A DNA stretch of 63,717 nt, the filler included, from Basidiobolus ranarum (lineage: Eukaryota): the NCBI GenBank assembly GCA_040143965.1. It is 19 parts of 19 records of this genome, joined end to end, with 100 filler letters (N's around TTAATTAATTAA, not from the genome) between each part and the next. Parts side by side here need not be neighbours in the genome. Positions count along the whole stretch, not along the records: positions 37,010 to 40,266 come from JASJQH010009486.1; positions 40,367 to 43,619 come from JASJQH010009487.1; positions 43,720 to 46,972 come from JASJQH010009488.1; positions 47,073 to 50,325 come from JASJQH010009489.1; 15 more parts are not named here. The stretch is one strand, 5' to 3'. Shown one piece after another: positions 38,545 through 49,501 of this stretch. The position numbers were made by a program, and so were the translations under genes. The number at the start of each line of letters is the position of its first letter. Within the stretch, counting starts at the first letter, position 1. The notes beneath the pieces were generated by a model. The model did not search any database and was not told where the DNA came from. It saw only the letters and a list, made by a program, of their open reading frames with translations.

Positions 38545-39133
38545 AGATAAATTATGTTGAAGGCACTTTATTCTTTTTTAACCTGGAGTAAAACTTTGGT
38601 TTCAAATGGTTTTGCATTGTCTTCTTCTCCCAAAGCAGTGTCCCAAAGTTCTTTTTTTTGCAGCAGCATTTTCATTTTAATTGTCAAAACTTAATAATTG
38701 GTTCCATACAATTTTTCTGAAGAGGGAAAAGTTCCATAAATATGAGAAGTAGCCATTACAGAGAGTGCAAGCTTGGGGCTCATAACCTGCTTATGAATTT
38801 AAGAGCCTGTTGGAAGTAGTTTAGAGAATGAGAGAAATTGGTGGTTTCCACTTACTGATTTATTTCATTGAAAGTTAATATTAATAGTTTTGTCAAGACA
38901 TAAACAATCTAACATGTAGAATGTGTAAAGCAAGTTCCAGGAATATGTGTGCAAAATTTGGGGCTTCCAGCACAAGTTTTAAAAGTCTATATCTCTGAGA
39001 ACTTCTAAGTTGTTAAAATATTCCAAGCAAATTTCAATTCAGAATAATGGATAATATCCTAGGGAATTGCAAGATGACTAAGCACTAACCTATATATGAC
39101 TACATAGATGTTTAGGCAATGCTAATATCAACA
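38545..39133 (-). mobile_element. Copia family B 5' LTR (39133-38788), PBS (38787-38776) and gag start
   Basis: TGTTG...CA then GGTTATGAGCCC. Gag reads MATSHIYGTFPSSEKLYGTNY*..KMKMLLQKKELWD. Confidence 0.88.
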
Positions 39134-39430
39134 GTGGGATGGTGCCATATTGTTCCTCACAGTGTCCAATCAAGTCTTAGACAATTAGCCATGGAAACTG
39201 ACAGTTCACACCAGATAGTGTGTTACCAGGCTGGTTTGAGTAGCACATTCTGACCTGTTCTAATGGATCAAGTTTATTCAAGTACAAGTCAAGTTTAAGA
39301 GAAATACAAAGATATTAGTAAGTGGGAATATTGAAATTAGGAAAGCAGCAACTCATTACTCTGTAGTTAGTTTATTCATATTCTGATTATGCTTCACTCC
39401 ATTTTGACATTCAAAACTTATGCTTATTAT

Positions 39431-40266
39431 TGTTGAAGTTGATTGTCTTTATCATATTTGTAATCTCTATCTTTATGTGCCTAACTTTTCCATATATCAC
39501 ATATAAGTTAGTTAACATTACCTAGTCAAATATCACTTAACTGAAAATCGGAACATATATTATATATATATGTGAATAATGTGCGAATTACCAGTTCTAT
39601 GCTAGAAATTTCAAACCCGTCCAAATTGCCCCAAAGATAGCTCATTTTACTACCACAGATGTTTTGAACACAACCCCAGTGTTAGTTTTTTGTATTTCCA
39701 CCAAAATGTACAAATGCTTTATTACTGGACAATAAATACTCATCTCACAAAAGCTATTCACAACTCCACTTTTCTAAAGTTTCTCCAAACCACCCATATT
39801 TTCCCAATAGGTTATGAGCCCCATGTTCTAACCTTTACAGCATGACAGAAACCACAACTACCACTTTTATTAACTCAAGTGTTGAAAAGCTTGAAAGGGA
39901 ATATTACAATTTCTGGAAGTTCAAAATGCAATTCATGCTGGAAGACAGGGAGCTTTGGGATGTAGTCCCTGGAGATGAAAAGGAGCCTTCTGACCCTTCT
40001 TTATTGGAAGATTACAAGAAAAGAGACAAGAAGGCCTTTAATGTTGTTTGTCAAAGTTTGAAGCATTCATAACTTCTGAATATTCAAATTGCAAAGACTT
40101 CCCATCAAGCTTGGACTATATTGGAAGAGTATTATGAGCTAAAGAGTCTTGCTAGTAGACTCTTTCTTGGACAAAAATTCTTCAATATAAAGATGGAAAA
40201 GTCTGAAAGCATGGTTACTCATATTGCAAATGTGAGATCTTTGGCAAAACAACTGGAAAATAATGG
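39431..40266 (+). mobile_element. Copia family A 5' LTR (39431-39809), PBS (39810-39821) and gag (from 39842)
   Basis: LTR TGTTG...CAATA, PBS GGTTATGAGCCC, gag NFWKFKMQFMLEDRELWDVV with an internal stop. Confidence 0.93.
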
Positions 40267-40366
40267 NNNNNNNNNNNNNNNNNNNNNNNNNNNNNNNNNN
40301 NNNNNNNNNNTTAATTAATTAANNNNNNNNNNNNNNNNNNNNNNNNNNNNNNNNNNNNNNNNNNNN

Positions 40367-40489
40367 AACAGTGATGGCAGTGTGTACACAAGCAACTGGA
40401 ACTACGAGTTCAATGGCAAAGGAGGATTGTACACCACATCCTACGGCAACTTCAACACTGGCAATGGAGTGTCATTCCTCTGGCATTAA
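40367..40489 (+). CDS. CHAP-domain protein copy 1, C-terminus only
   Basis: NSDGSVYTSNWNY...VSFLWH*. One nucleotide different from 42391-42513. Confidence 0.88.
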   Translation, partial: NSDGSVYTSNWNYEFNGKGGLYTTSYGNFNTGNGVSFLWH

Positions 40490-41979
40490 TAGAGATCTCA
40501 TAAACACCTAGACGTATAGAGAATACCACACGACTTAGAAAACCAAACAACTTTATTCCCTCATCTGTAGAACTCGTACTCTTTGAGATCATTGAATGAT
40601 CCCTCAATATCAATAAACCACTTATATTTACTAATACGTAATATGAAATCTGCTTCATATGTTCATAAGCATTCCAAAAATTCCAGTATTAGATAGAAGC
40701 GTAAATTCTTTTTAAGCTTTTAACCCAATGGCATTAGTCTAAATAATGGTTAGTTAATTGTCAAGTTCCCAAATCAAGGTAAAGTATTTCCAAAGACTTT
40801 GGTTGACGTAGTAGAGAATTTGCTGTTGAACCAGCGAATCAGAGATTTGTCGAAAACATTATCGGATCAAGTTAATTGGATTCAAGTTCAATCCCAGATT
40901 CAGCAGATTGAAATATTAAATCGATGGCTGCGGGATATTGTGATACTCCCATTCAGCGATAGACTGAAGCGTTAGATTTAACTCTTTACACTAGTTGGGA
41001 ACGGTGGTCCTATGGATACAAAACATAAATATTACTTCTCATCAATCCAATTAGGCAGCTACTGGAGTAAGTTGGAGACTCGGAAATCTTAGTGACTTCG
41101 CTTTTTACTCGCTAGATCACCATGTGATAGGAAATGTATCAACTGATTCCTCTTCCAGCACACGTTTTGTAGGATTGATGTTGATACTTGGTCTAGTAAT
41201 GCTTGTTATGCCAGTTGGGTAATGTTTAGTCAATCACAACCTCCCTCCATCATTGTTATTTAGCCAGAGTCTCAAGGTTGTGGGGTTACTGGATGTTTTG
41301 GGGTGATTGAACGAATCAACAGAGATAGTAGTGTATATACTGGCAACTAGTACTTCAAGCTCAGTGGAAGAGAGCTGTGCATCACATCCTATGGCAACTT
41401 CAATGGCAGTAGAGTGATACAAGTTTGATCTCAATAACATGCACTGTTCAACAAATATTAGCCATTCATTTCCATATTGCTTGATTCCCAAATATGGAGC
41501 TAGATTTCCACTTCTTGGTGTAGCTATAATTCTTTCGGATATAGCATATTAAATGGAAGTGTAACTCCTTCCACAGACATGAGGTGACTAACCGATATAA
41601 AATGGAGAATAACCAATGCGGATTTAGAAGCGAGTGCAACCTGATTACCCTGAGCATCCATATTTTCTGGTGGGAGAAAATTCCAGAAGTTAAAACTAGG
41701 CCTAGAACCGGTGCAAAGAAATCGTGAATAAAAAATTCGAGAATGACTTTTGAAGACCAATAGTATTCGGGTAGAGTACCAACAGTTATCACGAAACTTT
41801 CGAATCAAAACGATGAGTACGTTTTATGATCAAGAGGATCCGATCGAATTATTTTCCAAGACGATTGGATTGTTGTTGATTGCAAATTTGTATATAACGT
41901 CATCAGGAAATTCAAATCATACAGCAGCTGAGTGAATACAAATCGATCTCTCATACCACGCAAATCACTGAAAATAGAT

Positions 41980-42513
41980 ATGGTACAAATTTCGGCTTTA
42001 GCTTGTGTATTTCTTTGCACTATCAGTATGACTGGGCATATCGCGGTAGCTCTACCCGCTCCAGTCACAAATACCTCTTCTCAAGTACCCAGTCAACAGA
42101 AAGCCACGGGTGTTAGCAGTAAACTGGAGAATATTACCAACCTCGCCTCGTGCTCACTAGATCATCGTTATAACAATGGTGAATGCACCGATTGGGCCGA
42201 TGCACGTTACTACCAACTCACATGCCAACACACTTCTTGGATGGGTGATGCTCGTACCTGGACTAGCAGTGCTCGCGGTGCTGGTGGCTGGACAGTGTCC
42301 AGTCAACCACGAGTTCCCTCCATCATTGTGATTCAACCCGGGTATCAAGGTTGTGGGGCCACTGGACATGTTGGTGTTGTTGAGCGAATCAACAGTGATG
42401 GCAGTGTGTACACAAGCAACTGGAACTACGAGTTCAATGGCAAAGGAGGATTGTACACCACATCCTACGGCAACTTCAACACTGGCAGTGGAGTGTCATT
42501 CCTCTGGCATTAA
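41980..42513 (+). CDS. Secreted CHAP-domain protein (putative peptidoglycan amidase/endopeptidase), copy 2, complete, 177 aa
   Basis: Hydrophobic signal peptide from ATG 41980. YNNGECTDWA (catalytic Cys) and GHVGVVERINSDGSV..SNWNY (catalytic His). Intronless. TATATAA at 41891. Confidence 0.9.
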   Translation: MVQISALACVFLCTISMTGHIAVALPAPVTNTSSQVPSQQKATGVSSKLENITNLASCSLDHRYNNGECTDWADARYYQLTCQHTSWMGDARTWTSSARGAGGWTVSSQPRVPSIIVIQPGYQGCGATGHVGVVERINSDGSVYTSNWNYEFNGKGGLYTTSYGNFNTGSGVSFLWH

Positions 42514-43199
42514 CAGAGATCTCACAAGCATCTAGACGTATAGAAATACCTTATGATTCAGGAAATCAATTGATATTCCAACTAATGTAATCCCATTCCC
42601 CGAATCTTTATCTTTTACATACCTCGTAATACAAATAAAATGAACCAAACTCACTTCCTCGCTTCATATTTATCTGTTGAAGGACTAACCTTTGAATACA
42701 ATCTGCATAACAAGCAAAAATAGTGTCGTGGTACGGAAAATCCAAGGTTGATGTTAAACATTTAAAGTTCAAATTGATAAGTTTTGCGAACAGCTCTGCA
42801 AACTGGATTAGAACCCTATCAATGGAGTTAAGTCAAATTGTCAACAGCCCACAATCATATTAACAAATGAGTCAACCAGCGATCCTAAATTCAATTCGTT
42901 CACTTATGACTCAATTATGGGGTCAAGATGCACTTCCCAAACGAGTCTAGCAAGAACCAATAGAGATTGGGGTAGCGGGATTATTTCCAAAAAGCGAATA
43001 AAAATTTTCAATCCGACTTAGAATCCACGCGAACATCCAAAAAAAGCAGTCCACGAAATTCACAAAGAGCACGTTATCGGATCAGTTGGATCCAGATGAG
43101 TTTCAGGTGGAGGTGATTGGATTAGGACTGAATCCAGGAAACTGACGATTTATATTTAAGTTCGTATCTTTCGAATCTTAAAGCTCATTCAATATAGAA

Positions 43200-43619
43200 A
43201 TGGTTAAAATCGCAGTATTGTCTTGTGCTATTCTCGGCGCTATCAACCTAACTCAGTTCACCACTGTAGCTCTTCCTGCACCAGTCATGAGGGCTCCGTC
43301 TCAAGTATCCAGTCAACAGAACACCACGGGTGTTATCAGTAAACTCGATAGCATTCGAAACTTCGCCTCCTGCTCACTAGATCATCGTTATAACAATGGT
43401 GAGTGTACCGATTGGGCTGATGCTCGTTACTACCAACTCACATGCCAACACACTTCTTGGATGGGTGATGCTCGTACCTGGACTAGCAGTGCTCGCGGTG
43501 CTGGTGGCTGGACAGTGTCCAGTCAACCACGAGTTCCCTCCATCATTGTGATTCAACCCGGGTATCAAGGTTGTGGGGCCACTGGACATGTTGGTGTTGT
43601 TGAGCGAATCAACAGTGAT
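43200..43619 (+). CDS. Secreted CHAP-domain protein copy 3, 3' truncated
   Basis: Divergent signal/pro region. Catalytic domain identical in protein to copy 2 over the part present. Confidence 0.9.
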
Positions 43620-43719
43620 NNNNNNNNNNNNNNNNNNNNNNNNNNNNNNNNNNNNNNNNNNNNTTAATTAATTAANNNNNNNNNNNNNNNNNNNNNNNNN
43701 NNNNNNNNNNNNNNNNNNN

Positions 43720-45748
43720 TGATAGCAGTATATCAGAAGTTGAAGAAGAAAACAATGGTTTTGTTTTAGACTCTTTGTTATTGGCAAACGTTAGTCCACT
43801 CATAAAAGTTACTGTAAGGAAGCAGCTTTATTATTGAGGAGTGAAGAGTTCAATCCAATCTTAGCAACCAGGCATTTATTAGTTCTCTTATAATTTTACA
43901 ACAGTTGATTGGCAACTGTTGCTTGCCACAGACCTGGTATAATGGAAAACACTTGTCAATTGTATGACTTATGATCCTTCAGTAATTAGACTACCTTCAT
44001 GTCCAAATGGTTGTTTGGCTTTCACTAGTGATCTGAAACACCTGAAGTCATGTACTGTTTGCACACAATTGTCAATCACTGAATCAGGTAAATATCATTC
44101 ATATTTGGCTTACATACCATTGATTCCCCATCTTAAAGTTTTCATGAAATCTCCCAAATATAGATCATTTATCCAATACCAAAGTACTCACTGTAAGGCT
44201 GATGGTATTATCTATATACTTGATGGATATCAATACCAGAGTATGAAAAGTCAAGGTTTCTTTGAGAGCACATATGATCATGCATTTGCAATGGCTCTGG
44301 ATGGTTTCTCCGTAAACAAATATACCATTCAAAAGGCTTGCTGGCCAATAATTTTAATTAACTTAAATCTTCCTCCTTCTGAATAGTATAAGAGTAATAA
44401 TATTTTGATACTTTCCACCATATCTGGACCCAAATCACCAGTGCTTATAGACAGCATCTTGGAGCCTTTCATTGTGGAATTTGAATGGATATCTAATGAG
44501 GTTCAGATGGGTGAATATTTGATTCAAGCTAATATCATTGTATACATAGGTGACACTCCTGCCATCAGTAAACTTGGAGGTTTTTGCAGGCACAATGAGC
44601 TATCATGCTGTAGATTTTGTCAAATCAATGGAGTTTACTCTATCAGGCATATGCATTACTGCCTTAACAAAAAAATTTAGATTTGCATTTTATACTATTT
44701 TCCTAATGTGTTATAATGGTATTTTGCTGATATTACAGCAACTTTCTTATGGTTTCTCTACCAGGCTTTTTTTCCTCCCATTTTCTGATGTTAATCCAAC
44801 CCCTATATTTGTGTTTTCTCTGGTTTTCTTCTGGTATTCATTCCCATATCTTTTATAGGAATACAACTATCCAAATACAACAGTAAACTCCATGATTTTA
44901 CAATCAAGAGCCTGGTCCGATTTCAACATGATCACTGATCTCAATTCACTACATGGTCAGTCTAACATCAAACTTGGTATTGGTTGTAGGCCTACAATTA
45001 CATTGCTAAAGGAGATCAGCTGGAGCCAGAGCTTCTCATTAGGCACTATGCACTTACTATTCAACATTATTTAATCAGCTATATAGTGGAAAATTCAATA
45101 TGAATAAGCCATTTGAGATAGGATCAAAGTTTAAATCAGTCAGGAAGATGCTTGAAAATGTCAAGAAACCATCTTATCTTACCAGGACTCCCATCAATAT
45201 CCACTCATCTAGGTGTTTATTCAAATGCAAAGACTGGAAGTATTGCATTTGTATATATATAGGTGAAATTTTGAAAATGTTTCTGCCTGATATATGTTGC
45301 CAACATTGGGAGTTGTTTGTCAATATTGTTAATATACTCTTATGGCATCAACTCACATTAGCAGATATCAGGCGGATACAGTGGCTGTGCAAAGATTTTG
45401 TAATTGGATATGCAAAACTTTATTACAGGTTTAAAGAACATAGACTGAATCCATGCTGGTATTCAATACATTCTCTGCTGCATCTTTCAGAATGCTTAGC
45501 ATTTATAGGCCCATGCTATACATTCTGGGAGTTCCCAATGGAGCGCACCTGTGGTGAAATGATGCTCCATGTGAAATTGTCAGTACTACTGTATGCTAAT
45601 CTGATCAACAATGTATCAGCAAAATCAGTGATGTATGTAATACAATGGGTTAAGGAGACTCCACAGTATATTAATCTTTCAGCAAAGGGCTCTTTTCAAT
45701 GTGCTAATGGGTTTTTGCATTGTTTGAGCACAATAACATCAACAAAGC
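43720..45748 (+). pseudogene. CACTA/En-Spm (Tnp2 / Transposase_21-type) transposase pseudogene
   Basis: CPNGCLAF..C..C, ALDGF, WPIILINLNLPP, ISGPKSP, GDTPA.SK, CRFC, MHLLFN, IHSLLHL, GP...WEFPMER.CG. Stops, frameshifts and an inserted MITE. Confidence 0.92.
44662..44860. mobile_element. MITE-3 (about 199 bp) with CACTA-family-like termini
   Basis: CCTTAACAAAAAAAT...ATCTTTTATAGGA interrupts the transposase. An inverted partial copy starts CCCTATGAAAAATAT at 56788. Confidence 0.65.
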
Positions 45749-46767
45749 CCCTATCAAAAATAAAATTGATTTAGTCTGGATTGGATCCATCCTCCAAAAT
45801 GGCAAAACCATCAGAGAACCATCACCATATTGGTGGCTTGCACTCTGCCAGGGATTTTGATGGTGTGCTAGTAGTGTATTGGTGGTATTTTGATGGTATT
45901 CATATATGTTAAAATATTAATCCTCAAATTTGGTGTGAGTTATTCAATATCCAGTAATTTTTGCAAGAATCTAATTTTTGAATGGCAAATTACAGGGCTT
46001 ACTGCCATAGAAGTTTGAATTAATATACATGCCTTTATTTAGATATGTTAGGCTTTGTATTTCAGCCATAATGAGAATCAAAAAAAACAAGAATCTTGTA
46101 TACAGTCTCTCCATATGCCCATTCTTTACTGATTAGACATTACTCAACAACATTAAAAAGCCCTTTGTTAGAAGGTTAATATACTCTGAAGTCTCCTTAA
46201 CCAAATGCATTCCATCCATCACTGATTTTGCTGATATATTGTTAATCAGATTTGCATAAAGTAGTACTGACAAATTCACACAGAGCATCATTTCACCACA
46301 GGTGCACTCCATTGGGAACTCCCGGAGTGTATAGCAAGGGCCTATAATATTTAAGCATTATGAGAGATGCAGCAGGGAATGTATTGAATTCTGGCATAGA
46401 TTCAGTCTATCTTCTTTTAACCTGTAATAAGGTTTTTCATATCCAATAACAAAATCTTCATAGTGTTGCTGTATCTGTCTAAGGTCTACCAATGTGAGTT
46501 GGTGCTCTATGAATATATTAACAATATTGACAAACAACTCCCAACATTACTAATACTTACCAGGCAGAAATCATTTCTCAATTTCACTTGAATATATACA
46601 AATGCAATACTTCCAGTCTTTGCATGGGAATAAATGCCAGATGAGTAGATATTCATGGGAGTCCTGGTAAAATATGATGGTATCTTGACATTTTCAAGCA
46701 TTTTGAAACTGATTCAAACTTTGATCCTTTCTCAAATGGCCTATTCATATTGAATTTTCCACTATAT
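45749..46767 (-). mobile_element. Second, inverted CACTA-like copy: terminus B plus deleted transposase 3' half
   Basis: CCCTATCAAAAATAAAATTG at 45749. 46170-46767 is the reverse complement of about 45085-45680. Confidence 0.85.
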
Positions 46768-46972
46768 CCCTAACAGAAATTTGAGGATTGTTATTGCAGG
46801 AAAACTGTCACAATTTTAATCCATTTGGGATTGACCGTTTACTTACCATCATAAAATTGTCAAGTTAGATTTGATTTTAATCAATTTTTTCAGTTTCAGG
46901 AGTGAAATTTCAAGATCTCGCAAAATAGTTGCGAATGATTGGCTAAAATCTCAGAGAACTATGGATCAACAC
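46768..46972 (+). mobile_element. CACTA-like terminus A
   Basis: CCCTAACAGAAATTTGAGG start, inserted into transposase sequence. Confidence 0.9.
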
Positions 46973-47072
46973 NNNNNNNNNNNNNNNNNNNNNNNNNNNN
47001 NNNNNNNNNNNNNNNNTTAATTAATTAANNNNNNNNNNNNNNNNNNNNNNNNNNNNNNNNNNNNNNNNNNNN

Positions 47073-47957
47073 GCTCTCAGAGTGAGCAGAGCTGACGCTT
47101 GGCTTCAAGCTCTCAGAGTGAGCAGAGCTGACGCTTGGCTTCAAGCTCTCAGAGTGAGCAGAGCTGACGCTTGGCTTCAAGCTTTCAGAGTGACTTGGGC
47201 TGACAGTCTGCTTGACACTTTCAGAATGACTTGAGCTGACTGTTGGCTTCACGCTTTCAGAGTGAGCAGAAGGTGCGGGTGATTTTACAGTTTCAGCGTG
47301 ACTTGGGCTGACAGTTGGCTTTACACTTCCAAATTGAGCAGCGCTGTCAGTGGCCTTCGCATTTTTAGAGTGATTAGAGTTGATGTTTGGCTTCGCACTT
47401 TTGGAGTGAGCAGACTTCGAAGTGGATGCGGCTGTTTCGGAGTGGGCGGAGCTGGTACGAGGCTTAACACCATTTGAGTCAACAGAACTCGAAGTTGGCT
47501 TAACGTTGTCCGAGTGACCCGAACTGGAGGCCGGTTTATCGTTGTCTGAGTGGGAAGATCTACTGCTTGTCTCATGCTTCACGCTATTAGAGTAGCCATT
47601 ATTGGGTTTCTGCACTGGTTGAGTTTTTGATTTAGCCGCAGGTATGTTCTGGATGCTTTGGTGGATGTTGCTGTGTAGTGACTGGATATTCTCATCGGTT
47701 GAACTGCTGGTGTGAGCCTTTGCTTGTGTATTTGGAGTTGGGGTTTGTGTTATAATGATAGAAGCCGTCAGGATGGTATCTTTGGGATCTTTGTTTTTTT
47801 CATGGACGTTATCAGTTATGTTCGTACTGATGTGTGCATCTATTACAGCGGCCTTCTCTGCTCCCTGTTTTGGTACTATTGCCTGTTGTTGCTGTGGGTA
47901 TGCTGCAACAACCGTTGCAACTGCTACGGTTGCCCAAAGATTGGTTGCAAAACGCAT
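47073..47957 (-). CDS. Secreted Ser/His-rich protein with 12-aa tandem repeats (3' truncated)
   Basis: Signal-like MRFATNLWATVAVATVVAA. A 36-bp unit encodes KPSVSSAHSESL, perfect near the contig end and progressively diverged upstream. Confidence 0.8.
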
Positions 47958-48844
47958 TGTTGAAGACCTAATAATTGATGCTGGCTGCTTTTATAACATT
48001 CTGTTTTTTTCCCGTCCGCCTTTTTTTTGCAGTATTCTCCCCGGATTGCTGTCGAACTGAGTTCCAGATGTATGTAACCGATTACAGACTGGTTCCTAAT
48101 GCCGCGTGAAAATCAGCAACATCAGCAAAGGGCCAAATAAGTGTCGTTCTTTCACCTATAATACTTCTTCATTGTTCGTAACTTTACTTAGCTCCACCAA
48201 TCAATACAATGAAGTATGTGGCGAACTAGACGATATAGCCGCATTCAGACTTACTAGCGCATATATCGTTTTTGTTAGAATGTGAAAATAGAGCCTGAGG
48301 AAGCTGATACACGAATTGGAAAAATTCTCTACTATATTTGGTGAGTTTAGAAACCTCGAATATTACTCACCGGATGTCAACGATGTAGCGTTGAACATTT
48401 TGGACTTCTGAATTTGTATTAGGTCGTTTTTTGGTCGCATTTTGGTCACTTTTTGCAATGAACGATTATGCGCCACTTGAACTACTTAGTGGCACACTAT
48501 TTCGAGTATCTAGGAATTACCTCATATAGAACTAACCTGTTAGTACAAGGATCATAAAAGTGGAAAAAGGTCTTTTCGCCTTTCGCCCGTTAGAGTTACT
48601 TTTCCCGTTACCTGGATTAGGGATTGGTTCAAGATGATTTGCATAATCAACAATTCAATGGGCCAATCAACATATATATCGATAAATCCCTGAGCTTGGG
48701 ACCAATGGTGCTTGAAGGTTGCTATTTATGCAGCGTAACCCATGCGATTTACCGTAAAGTGATTTACCGTAACCCATGCGATGTCGGATCCTTCGCTAGT
48801 AACACATAGTCTGGAGCTAACGTTTAAGTTGCCTGTAAGAACTA

Positions 48845-48880
48845 GGGTAAGGGTAAGGGTAAGGGTAATGGTAAGGGTAA
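48845..48880. repeat. (GGGTAA)6 hexamer repeat
   Basis: GGGTAAGGGTAAGGGTAAGGGTAATGGTAAGGGTAA. Confidence 0.85.
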
Positions 48881-49408
48881 AGCATATGTTGAATATGTAT
48901 TAAGTATTTCCACTATCAAAGCTATCTTCGCAATGTGTATGCTACAATTAGGACCATTCAAGATATCTTTTTAGTGTGTATCTCCACTTGTGTATCTCCA
49001 CCATCAGCGCAAGTGTATCCTTCATTTGAAAAAGGGAATTTCGACGTGATTTAATATTTCAATTAATAACTATGCCACAGACCGATAAACTGGCTAATAT
49101 GATTGAATTCTATAAAATAAACCAGTAGGCGATCCCGGCGTGATAGATATGGAATTAAGTGATGTTGAATGACTTTCCATTTGTTCTTATGCATACATAT
49201 AACTGGAACTATATCCGTATATTTAGTAATTGAAAATATATTGGTAACTGACATATAATACACTGGATATATTGGTAACTGAATATACAATACGCTTACT
49301 GTCATTGTCTAGACACTGTCTGGGGCTTGAGGACGGAACTGACCGAGCTTTTTATTCGCTACTCCATTGAGGGCCTTGATTTCTGCTTAACCGGCTATGT
49401 ATTTCGTG

Positions 49409-49501
49409 ATATTTCCACCCTTTATGAAAGAAGAAACGTATATATCCACTCTCTATGAAAGAAGAAACGTATATTTCCACTCTCTATGAAAGAAGAAACA
49501 T
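49409..49501. repeat. 31-bp minisatellite x3
   Basis: ATATTTCCACTCTCTATGAAAGAAGAAACGT units at 49409, 49440 and 49471, with no spacers. Confidence 0.9.

Noticed and set aside
41234-41935. ORFs between CHAP copies as possible immunity or partner genes
   Set aside because: No recognisable domain, mostly non-ATG starts, and not repeated between the other copies. A fungus would need no immunity to a peptidoglycan hydrolase.
44550-44858. Hydrophobic 102-aa ORF resembling a membrane protein
   Set aside because: Produced by read-through into the T-rich MITE-3 insertion.
49409-49501. CRISPR-like 31-bp repeats
   Set aside because: Units are directly adjacent with no spacers, there are no cas genes, and the context is eukaryotic.
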